Shown here in pieces: positions 12,670-23,744 of a stretch of 64,000 bases of DNA (positions within the stretch are counted from its first letter, which is position 1; the number at the start of each line of letters is the position of its first letter). The stretch comes from Eukaryota sp. TZLM1-RC (taxonomy: Eukaryota; Protista; Metamonada: BaSk clade), in assembly GCA_040285825.1 (NCBI GenBank), contig JAUPSS010000006.1, positions 62,001-126,000 on the forward strand, written 5' to 3'. The notes below the pieces were generated by a model that had not been told where the DNA came from, searched no databases, and was given only the letters and a program-made list of their open reading frames with translations. A program made the position numbers and the translations under genes.

Positions 12670-13266
12670 TTATAAAATAGGAAGAATGGCCAAACAAAAC
12701 AAAAGAGGTCCTATAGAATCTCCTTGCTTTGCACCACTTGATGAACTCAAAATGTTATTACCAAAATGTAAATTAGAATATGTGCAATATGTTGATTGAA
12801 AATACGGTATTAATTCCGGCATATATTGCAATAGAGCACCATGGATACTGCGACGACTGAGTGAATTGAAAGCATTACTAAAATCCAATGACATACAAAC
12901 ATTGGATTCATTTTGGCGAAATAAAACATCAGTAGCAAATATCGCTGAAGAGACTCCATCTGTAGTATTTATACCATATTGAAAGGGTAATAAAATCTTT
13001 TTTGCTTTCTCATTGAACCTGCTTAAGCAACACGCAGAAAAAATATTATGTAAGCTCTCAGAAACTACAATAGGACGAACATCCATTTTTGAATTCTTGA
13101 CAAGTCCAGTCAAACGAGAACTTCTTAATTCTTCTATATATTTAAGTTGACCAGTCAATATTCTGTTAAAAAATTTGGTTGATAAAACAAGACACTTCTC
13201 TGATGAAATAACTCCGGCTTTTATATAATCAATAGAAAGACCAGAAGCTTTATCAAAAACAAACAA
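12670..13266 (-). mobile_element. Non-LTR reverse transcriptase fragment
   Basis: RPIVVSE, QYG, LDFSNAFN and QGDSIGPLLF RT motifs. Confidence 0.85.
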
Positions 13267-13439
13267 AATTCTACCAATATGCGTATTTTACGGAAAAACA
13301 TATTTTAAAGGATGTGGGCAGGCTCTTCCCAAAGCCATATTGACACAAAAGGCACAACAAATTATTTGGCTTTCTATAGATGTTGCATCTGATAATGCAT
13401 CAGTTGTGGCAAATCTTGATAGTTCTCGTTTAGTTTCGT

Positions 13440-13860
13440 CGTGTCATTGCAAATTACACCGACAAATTACACCGGCAGTAAACCCACAATGTCCGTGTGT
13501 TGAATGTAATGGATTTGTATATGAAAATTATTGAATTTTGTGTGAAAAAAACCTTGTGAACACTGTTTTGAATTATATCACGAAAATGAATGTAATTCAG
13601 ATGCATTAAAAACATTAGAATTATTGAAACAAACAACAAAACCTTGTCCTAATTGTTCAGTTCCAATTCACAAAATTCATGGTTGTGATCAAATGTTGTG
13701 CAAAAAATGTCTCACAACATTTGATTGGAGTGGTGGTGAAATTGGTTCAACACATGATTTACATTATTTTGAATATATGAGAAATGCTAATTTACAATCA
13801 GATTTTGGTTATGGCGACATATTTTCATCAAGAAATTTTCATGAAGAATTGAAGAAATAA
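13440..13860 (+). pseudogene. Decayed IBR/RING2 (RBR E3 ligase-like) gene, giant-virus type
   Basis: TKPCPNCSVPIHKIHGCDQMLCKKCLTTFDW..HDLHYFEY, preceded by a broken CPCVECNGF segment. Confidence 0.65.
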
Positions 13861-14620
13861 GGCAACCCGTAATGAGGTATAAATTAAATAAAATAATTCA
13901 AGATATTCAACACACAGTCCGAACATATAAAAACAAAATAAAAAGAACATATAAAAACAAAATTCTCAATAATTCTCAATAATTCTCGATAATTTGCAAA
14001 ATTCTCAATAATTTAGTCCATGAATAGATGTGGACGAGGAACAACAAATTTTAAATTGAATTCACACTGAAAACAAAAAACATAAATATAAGAATAATTC
14101 AACATCAATTAAACAAAAGTTGGATGAATTATTTAAATTTACAAAGCAAATGGATGAATTTACCACAGGTGATATTATTTGTCTCGTATACAAATTTAAT
14201 AAAAAAATTATTGAATTGTAAACCAACTCCGCAAAATATTCCATAAAAATGATTTTTATGTGATAAATAATCATTATTGACAAATACATTGATTGGGCTT
14301 GTAATGTGGAATATGATGAATTTATCATATTATGTGGTAAAATTGGTTGTGAATTATTAAAACAAGATAATTTATTATTTTAATTAATGATTATTAGATC
14401 TTTAAATAAAGTACAACAAACACTTTTGCTACTTTTCATTGCAAATTAATCTAATAACAAAATAAAAATAATCTATTTTTTTATTCTTAAATGACCATTA
14501 GTAAAAAAAACTTATAACAATTGGAATAATTGTGGTAACATTTTAAACAGCTTTTCGATTCAAACGCGTTTGAACTATTTTTGCAAATTAAACACACCTT
14601 TATCTCTCCACTCTTACATT

Positions 14621-16450
14621 ATGTCGTCTCTCCCAGTCCCTCCTTGCCGTGAAATCTCCCCCTCTGAACTCACCATTGACCTCGAAAACGGAAAAATCGG
14701 TCGAGGAGGTTTTGCTACCGTCTACGCCGCTCAATGGTTCTCCCACGACGTCGCCGTCAAACTCATAGCTCTCACAGATGAAGGGGAGACAAAGCTCAAG
14801 AAGGAGATCGGCCTCCTCTCCCTCCTCAACCATCCTGGCATTATCCGCGTCTATGGAGTCACATACCTAGACGGCAAGATGGGTATTGTCATGGATCGAG
14901 CCTCTTCTTCCCTCCACACACCCTCCCCTCTGTCTCGCACGTCCCTCTCGCACGCGATCTCCATTACCTCTGCCCTTCACTTCCTTCACTCTAATAACTT
15001 TATCCATAGAGATTTAAAGCCCCAGAACATTCTAATGGTTGATGGTCGTCCTAGAATCTCTGACTTTGGAACTTCCAAAATTATTGCTGATACCGCCACC
15101 CTCAACACCATCAATGCCATGACCCCTAAGTATGCTGCATTGGAAGCTTTTGATAATAATTCAAGCCAGGAAAGTGATGTCTATTCCCTAGGGGTAATTC
15201 TATATGAATTACTTACAAATAAAGTCGCTTTTGAGGGAATTAACTCTCAAATAGCTTTATTAGGAGCCAAATATAATGGTACTAAGTTACCATTTGATGT
15301 AACAACTCCTGTTTTATTACAAGAAATTATTAATAAATGCTTGGATAATGATCAATCAAAAAGGCCTGGCATTAACCAAATTTTGGAGGTGTTGAATGAT
15401 TTGACAAGTGAAGTTGGAGTTGATGAAAATTTGGTAATTGAAAATAATAATGATGAATTAATTCAAGAATTGCGTCGAGTTAATCTTAATTTAAGACAAG
15501 AAATTCAACAATTAGCTGAATTAAATCGTGAAAAAGATGAAGAAATAGTAGGTAAAGATCAAGAAATTCAAGAACTTTCTGCTGGAAATAGGCAATTAAA
15601 TAATATTATTGTAACAAAAGATCAAGAATTAGAGGAATTTTCTTCCAGAATTGAAGAATTAACCAGAAATAATTCCAATTTAAATCAACAATTAGGTGAA
15701 AAAGATCAACAAATTGAAGAATTAAATCAACAATTAGGTGAAAAAGATGAATTAATTAGCCAATTAACCACTCAAAATCAAGAATTAAAAAGTGAATTGC
15801 CATTTAAAAACCAAATAATTCAATTAAATTCACCATTAATTAGGGTTTGTTTGTGGGCTTATTCAATGTTTCATAATGACATCACCCAAAAAATTCAAAA
15901 AGGATTTAGGCAAAATTGGCCTAATCTTGAGGTACAAATTACTTCTACTGATGAACCAAATTTAAACAATATTGATAATTTTGATGTTGTTTTGTACAAT
16001 ACTCGTAGTTTAACCATTCAAGCCACACTACTAGAACAAATAGTAGAAGCTGGCAAAGGTTTGGTATTGTTTAGTAGTAGTGGAGGTAACATCAAGGGTG
16101 ACTTTAAATATGGAGCATTCAAGGGTTTGAGTAACGTGAAATCATTTTGCTCTTTCATTGAACTTGGTAACTCCAACCAGAATGATTTAATTATGAAATC
16201 AGTAAACTCTTTTTCTTGTATGTGGCGTGCAAAATACACTTCCATCAACCATGAATTTCAAACAGTTGCTACCTTGAAAAATGGAGATCCTTTGGTGTTG
16301 AAGAGTGAATATAACAAAAGTAGAGTGGTAGATTTTGCTTCGCATGGTCATAGTACTGATGGTCCTTTTGGTACTGGATGGAAAAGCTCCACAGATGGTC
16401 ATTTATTGCTAGCAAATTCAATAGTTTGGGTTTCTGGAAGGGATGACTAG
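14621..16450 (+). CDS. TKL-type Ser/Thr kinase - coiled coil - hypervariable ThuA/GATase1-like domain (copy C)
   Basis: GRGGFATV, VAVK, HRDLKPQN, DFG and DVYSLG kinase motifs. Heptad-rich linker. C-terminal FDVVL, LEQIVEAGKGLVLF, YNKSRVVDF and LLANSIVW motifs. ATG at 14621. Confidence 0.9.
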   Translation: MSSLPVPPCREISPSELTIDLENGKIGRGGFATVYAAQWFSHDVAVKLIALTDEGETKLKKEIGLLSLLNHPGIIRVYGVTYLDGKMGIVMDRASSSLHTPSPLSRTSLSHAISITSALHFLHSNNFIHRDLKPQNILMVDGRPRISDFGTSKIIADTATLNTINAMTPKYAALEAFDNNSSQESDVYSLGVILYELLTNKVAFEGINSQIALLGAKYNGTKLPFDVTTPVLLQEIINKCLDNDQSKRPGINQILEVLNDLTSEVGVDENLVIENNNDELIQELRRVNLNLRQEIQQLAELNREKDEEIVGKDQEIQELSAGNRQLNNIIVTKDQELEEFSSRIEELTRNNSNLNQQLGEKDQQIEELNQQLGEKDELISQLTTQNQELKSELPFKNQIIQLNSPLIRVCLWAYSMFHNDITQKIQKGFRQNWPNLEVQITSTDEPNLNNIDNFDVVLYNTRSLTIQATLLEQIVEAGKGLVLFSSSGGNIKGDFKYGAFKGLSNVKSFCSFIELGNSNQNDLIMKSVNSFSCMWRAKYTSINHEFQTVATLKNGDPLVLKSEYNKSRVVDFASHGHSTDGPFGTGWKSSTDGHLLLANSIVWVSGRDD

Positions 16451-16750
16451 TAAACTTGACTTTTTTCTTTAGGTTTAATTTGAATTATTTCGGCTTTTTT
16501 AATATTGTTTTATTCAATCAAAAGTGTTTGGTTCTTTAAATTTCTTTTACAATTTTATCGTCAATTATTGTGGATAATCTCGCCCGAATAAAACTATGAT
16601 TTGTCGAAACTTAGACACAAATATTAATGAAGAAATGGACAATAAAATAGTTTTGGTACACGCATTACACTTGTCCAAAGTCTAGATTGGTTGCTATTTT
16701 CAATTAAATTGTAACAATTTATTAAAAACATTTTATATAAACAGCAATAA

Positions 16751-17077
16751 TTTTTTTTTCCAAGATTTATTTTATTTAAATTTAATTTTAATCTAAACCT
16801 ATAAATCAACATCTAAAAAATCCATCTCTCCCAGAACAAAAACACTAGATGCAACTCTCTCATAGTGAGATCCAAGAGAAAGCAAAGCATCAGAAACCAT
16901 CTTCAACATCCCCTTAAAAATAGAAAACACAATTCTATTTTGCCAAAACAATCTGTTGAAATTTCTGCCAGTTCTTCTCTTTACAATCATTTCAAAATCA
17001 TCCAAAAAACGTAAAGCAGTTGGTGCAAGTGAACCAAAAAGGGAAAATACAAATGGATACAAATTGTATTTTGCATG
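16751..17077 (-). mobile_element. 5'-truncated CRE-like retrotransposon 3' end with short poly(A)
   Basis: Near-identical to 26750-27027. T-run at 16751. AGCAATAA on both sides. Absent from the paralogous flank at ~38800. Confidence 0.8.
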
Positions 17078-17383
17078 AAATATAGCAATAAATATCTTTA
17101 AACGTCTATACCTTATATGAACGTTTTTTTTGACACTTTGGGTATCTTTACTTTTTCAAGGAACATGATATTTTTTAAGCGGAATAACACAATTTTTTTT
17201 AATCAAAATGCAATACCTTGTCTTTGTTCCAACTGATGTGATCAATTGTGAAATGATTTATTAACAATTGAGCCAATCTTGATTATGTCACAATTTGCAA
17301 ATGAAGTTTAAGTTTAGCAAACTACTACAATCTGAAATTGTCAAAAGATGTTCAACATAACTGAAAATTGATTACTCGTGATT

Positions 17384-18121
17384 ACCTATGGGCAAAAATT
17401 CCCCCATCTGTCCATAGTTGCACAAAGAGTTACTCCCGGTCACGGGAGCTACCGGTTCTGCTTCGATAACTGAGCAGTAGTGGTCAGCTCTTGATTTTCA
17501 GCTTACAGATCACCGTTTGAACATGTCCAAAGCGGTGTTGGATAATGTGATGAACATTTATTTTAATACAACACTACAAACCAGGGATCCAAAGTCCTGT
17601 TCTTTATTAACGCTCAACCAAGTAGAGGAAGATGTGGTTAAAAACTTTGAAGAGGTTGAAAGATGGTCCAGTCAACGACAGGTGGTAGAACCAACTTTTG
17701 AACAAGAAGACTTACAGGGACTGTTTGCCGACGAAATTGAGGGAATTTGTCTCAGAGAGCAAGAAGATGATGGTGATGATGAAGTACTAGGACACGATAC
17801 AGCAGGAACAGTACGATTGAGTGGGTCAGGATTGTTGTTTGAAGAGGGTACTTCTGTGGTTGGGGAGTTATCTCCAAAACAAAAGCGAGTTAGGTAGATT
17901 AGGTATGATGGTAGATTAGTTCTCCTACAGGGCTTATGTAATGTAGCCTTATTTCTATTAAACAATAACTGTGATGTCTTCTAATCAGATATTGGCGAGT
18001 TGTTTGATCATGATCTCTAGTGGTGGTAATATTGGTAATATACGTGTCATGACGTCATGACAAAAGGCTCTAAATTGTAATCTTCAACTATGGATTTGAA
18101 CTATTTTTGCAAATTAAACAC
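17384..18121 (+). repeat. Inserted copy of the hAT 3' end plus kinase-gene leader (inverted copy of ~33165-33905)
   Basis: Near-identical to the reverse complement of 33165-33905. Flanked by a 31-bp direct repeat (17349-17379 and 18151-18181). Confidence 0.8.
18045..18062. promoter_or_regulatory. Perfect 18-bp palindrome TGTCATGACGTCATGACA (CRE/ATF-like core)
   Basis: Self-complementary. Second copy at 33222-33239. Confidence 0.4.
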
Positions 18122-18374
18122 AAAAGATGTTGTCAAAAGATGTTGTCAAATGTTCAACATAACTGAAAATTGATTACTCGTTTGAATAAACAAGAAGTGT
18201 GGATGTCTATGGAATCGTAATATCAATGCTGTTCTTTATATGATTCATGTTGTGGATCGGTATATCAAAGGAAATGAAATTCCTCAAGATTTGAAAAGAT
18301 CAACTTGATTCATTTCATCTTCATATACCATTAATCTCAACAGGTTACTACATTTTAGACCCCTCAGCCCTTGA

Positions 18375-19091
<717 letters not shown>

Positions 19092-19485
19092 TTTTGTTTT
19101 AAATGTTTTTATGTTTGGAAATTACAAAATTCAAAATGCTTTTTTGCAAACATATGAAAAGGAAAATGATAAATGTGAAATAATGGACATTAACAGCTGA
19201 AACTACACAATTTCTTGGCAAAAAAGACAAGGAATCTTCGCATGTCCAATTAACCTTAATGTTTGTCAAAGAACAGTAGTTTAGGTCAAATAGAAAGTGA
19301 TGACTTCACTAGTGGGGTACAAACGCATCTTGTGCTGGTAATTCATACATTTGAATGAATTTATCAACGCTTATAGACTTTGAAAGTGGGAAAGGAATAA
19401 CCACCAACTGTTTATCTGAAGTAGATTTTGAATCAAAGTTCTTTGCGACAGAGCTTCACATGAAAGCAGTCCTCAAATAGAATAT

Positions 19486-19606
19486 TGTAGGTATCTCACT
19501 AGTAAGTACCTAAGTATATAGAATAACATTAAATAAAATTATCTTTATCTTAACCCGCCTTAACTAACCCACATATACACAGCTAGCATAATGCCTAACG
19601 GCAACA
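19486..19606 (+). repeat. 5' LTR of Gypsy element
   Basis: Direct repeat of 25654-25774 with 3 mismatches. Confidence 0.92.
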
Positions 19607-22600
19607 ATAATTATTGTGCGTCACAGGCACATCAAACAGCAAACAGTAACAGCGCTGTAAACGACAAAAAGATGTCTGGGGTATGTCAGACATCTTTCAG
19701 AGGAGACCCTTCTAACCCTCCTCTTCACATTATTTGGAGTACAATGAGTGCTCCAACAAAGGAAACGAGTACCCCTCCTTCCTCAACGAGTTCGGATGTA
19801 GTTCATCCCACTCCTAGTCAAACGAGTTCGAGTGTTTCACACTCCACTCATGGAACGTTGAGTTCGGGTGCAACCCACCCCACTCCCAACATAGACGAGA
19901 GTTCGAGTATTTCACACTCCACTCATGGTACGACGAGTTAGGGTGCAACCCACCTCACTCCACATTTATTTAGTTCGGGTCAACACCCCACTATTATTCA
20001 TACGAGCGGAGATCCTCGACTCCCTCCTCCAAATCCGAGTTCGGGTCAAAACCCCACTCCTAACCTAACTCTTCCGGAGGTAATCCCTCCCAACAACAAT
20101 GCCCATTCAACGGCTACCACAGCCTTGACTACGGCCAAAGTCTCGCAGGATAAACCTCCTGCCACTAGCCCAGAGTTAGAGGCGCTTCTCGCCACTTTCT
20201 CAAAAGAAGAAAATGAGAAACAGGAGCCAACAGACTTTGTGGAGTCTCTCCCTTCAGATACGTCCCTGTACCCAGACTTAGAAAACTGTGTTTCGGTACA
20301 AACCTTAAACGAGACCTTAGAAGGATTCAGGGAAGTTCCCCTCACCTCACAAGTTCGTAAAAACTCTATAGAGCTTCTTGACAATGAGAGCAAGGAGTTG
20401 TCGGGTAGACCTGCTGAACGCAGAATACGACTATCCCCACTAGACTCCTTTTATAAATCCATCATGTCCAAGCCTCGCGCTGACAGATTCGATTTTATCG
20501 GAAAAAAGGCCACCCTCGACATATATAACTCTAGAATACGGTGGTTGGAGGTCATGGAGTATGGTCGAGTCTTCTCTAACAATTTGGATGGACCTGAGAA
20601 CATACACCTCCTCCCAGACTGGTTTAGGCCAGGTCTGGACAAAATTTATGAAGTCAACAGCATTTCTGGAGTGGATTATACGGTAGTAAGAGAGGTTTAC
20701 GAATACTACCCTTCGTCATCAAACCCTGATCTCGTTGAGATGAGACCCGCATCTCAGCCGTTCAGGCTAATTTTCGTCGAACAAGGAGTCACCTTCAAAC
20801 GAGATCATGCCAACATGAAAACGGCAGTCATCTCCACCTATAGGTCTCCCCCCAATCATCACAATGTACAAATTGGGGACACTTGGGTAGATAACAAGGC
20901 TTTCGCCTTCACCCCAATACTAGGTATAGAGGATACGCCTTTTCAAAGCATTAGACCTTTCAGGCCATCCATTCAACTCAACATTCAAGAGGAATCGAAA
21001 CCTCTTCAAAAACTACAAATTGACCAACTACCGCAGCCTGGTAATCAGGACATTTCCATGGACGTCCTCACTATCCAACCATCGGACTCATCTGTCCCAA
21101 TGGAAGAATCGACCTCACATCAAACAGGTCCAGGATTGACCAGACAAAATCTCTCCTCATTTCGATCAGGAACATTAACCGGAGTCCATGATCCACGTCA
21201 AGTTCTTGACTTAAATCTACAATCTCACGTTGGATACCACTATAAAACAAAGGCTGTAGAACACGATACGCTCCATGAGCCCCCCAACAGGCATCAGCAA
21301 CTTGGCTTTCACCGAGCCCTTGTTCGAAGAATTCTGTAAAGAGAGCTATTGGAAGGACAAGCTAGTGAGCTTCCCCAAATTAACAAGGAAGGTGCGAAAT
21401 GATTTATTATCATGGATGAAGGTTGCACAAAATAGGGATACGGTCCAGCTATTGAGGAAAGCTGCATCCAGACCCAAAATAGAAACAGGTGATTTTCACA
21501 CCTCAGCCGGAAAAAAGAGAACAAGCCAACCAGATTCATCCACCCCCAACCTTAAGAAAGAACAACACTACAGAGGAGGCCAAAAGTTCTGTACTTTTTG
21601 TCAGAAACCAGGCCATGTAATTACAGAATGTGAAGATCCCAGGTGCACCAGATCTCTGGTTCCACTAAATCAACGAAGAAGCGCCGGCAGAAGTAGAGGC
21701 CGAGGAAGACCATTCAGAGGTAGTTATGATAGTTTCAAAAATGTTCATAGAGGCCATAGTAGAGGCTAAGGTAGACATAGGGGCCGAGGTGGCCGTGGTA
21801 CGAGAGGAAATAAGCATCGTACATATATGTTTCATATACACCGATCATCGCACGCTCCAGCTCCCGAATTGAGCCATACTTATACAACTAGCCAATCAGA
21901 ACATTCAGCTCAAGCATCCCTCTTAAATCCACTCTCTTTCGGTAATGATAATAAAGTAGATAAATATTTGAGTTTAAACAGTTTAGAAAGAGATTTATAC
22001 AATCGAGCAGGTGAATCTGCACCTTGTATGAACCACAACAGATCCAAGCAGCCTCAGTTCTTAGAGCTTCAGGTTAGAATCAACGATACGGTCTTAAAAG
22101 GCATGATAGACACAGCTGCATTTTGTTCTGTCATTTCCCTCGACCTAGCAAATCGGTGTTCAATGTCCATAAATGAAAACGATATAACACAATTCATCCC
22201 TGCTAGCAATGTATCAACGAATTCGCTTGGGAGTGCACAAGGCATTCTGACGTTCAATGTTGGCAGCATCGCGAACCAAGTATCAATAAACCATACTCTC
22301 CCCATTATACCAGGTTCGAACAAATTTTTAATTGGGGTAGACATGTTACAACAACTTGGGCTACTGACATCTGACCGTTTAGTTATTTTACTAGACGAAG
22401 AGCGCCGCACCCTGCTAAATGCTGAAGCCATTTTTGATAACAGAATTAAAACTCACCAAATTGGCCACGTAGAATCAACTTCTTGCAGCGAAGTAGATTT
22501 TACTCAGCAATTAGATAAATCTGGATGTGAGATTAATTTAGATGATAGTGAGTATAATAAGAGTTTGTCTGATATATTAGCTCAATACAAGGACTAATTC

Positions 22601-23744
22601 AGCGAAAAGCCCAGTAAAGATGGAATCGATTGTCCACCTATGACGATCCCCTTCTACAATACTAATACAATTGTACACAAACCAGCTCGGGGCCTCAACT
22701 CAAAGAAATTACAAATAGCCAATCAGATTTTTGATGAATTGATTGAAATGGGCTATGCAATTGAATCGAACTACAAGTTCAGTTCCCCAATAGTATTAGT
22801 GTTATACCCTGATGATCGAAAACCTAGGTTGACGGGCGATTTCAGTGGTAAAGATGGAGTTAACGCTCATACAATTCCGGTCGAGTCTAACTTACCATTA
22901 ATTTCAGATGTTTTGGAATTTCTGAGTCAGGCCAACTTTACTGCCACTTTGGATTTCCCAAAAGCTTTTTGGCAAATGAAAGTAGCCGACGAAGATGTTG
23001 AAAAGACATCTATTTCTATTCCTGGCAGATCTATTATGTTTAAAAGGGCATGCTTCGCACTAAAGAATATCCCAGCGATTTTTCAAAATGTAATGATAGA
23101 AATTTTTCAAATAGAAGGAGTATATATCTACATCGACGACATTATCATAATAGGATCAACACGTCAAGAATTCTTTGACAGAAAACAGAGGGTACTGCCA
23201 TGAGCAAGGAGTAGAAGAGTCAACATTGGATTGAGAAAATGTAAATTCGTTACTGACAAACAATCAATTGACATTTTAGGCAGCACTTTCCAATTCAAAC
23301 AACGAAAAATTAGCAAAGAACCAGTAAATGCTTTAATAAACATACCTGCTCCAAAAACTATCAAGGAAGTACGGTCATTAGTTGGCTCAGTCAATTTCAT
23401 AAGAGATTGGCTTCCAAATATTTCACAACTAATAGCACCCATAAATGAGCTAATTAAGCACAAACAACGTCGTGTAAATTGGGAAGCCAAACACGATCAT
23501 CTATTAGATCAAATAAAACAACTGATTATTAATCACATGCCTCTGGAATTACCTTCACCAGACAAACGCATTCTGATTAGCACCGATGCATCTGACATCG
23601 CAGTAGGAGGAGTCATTTGGCAAGAAATCGCACCTTATGCACCCATTGGAACTGCATTAAAAGATAGGAAAGTAACACCAATTTTCCTTTTATAGTAGGA
23701 TTTTAACCGATACTGAAAAGCGTTGGTCTACTTTACAAAAAGAA

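Noticed and set aside
19785-20060. ACGAGTTCG repeats with variable spacers resembling a CRISPR-like array
   Set aside because: Repeats are short, in frame within Gag, with related spacers, in a eukaryotic context without cas genes.
21767-23203. Stops in the Gypsy ORFs as programmed readthrough
   Set aside because: Several stops and frameshifts fall inside domains, consistent with decay or sequencing error.
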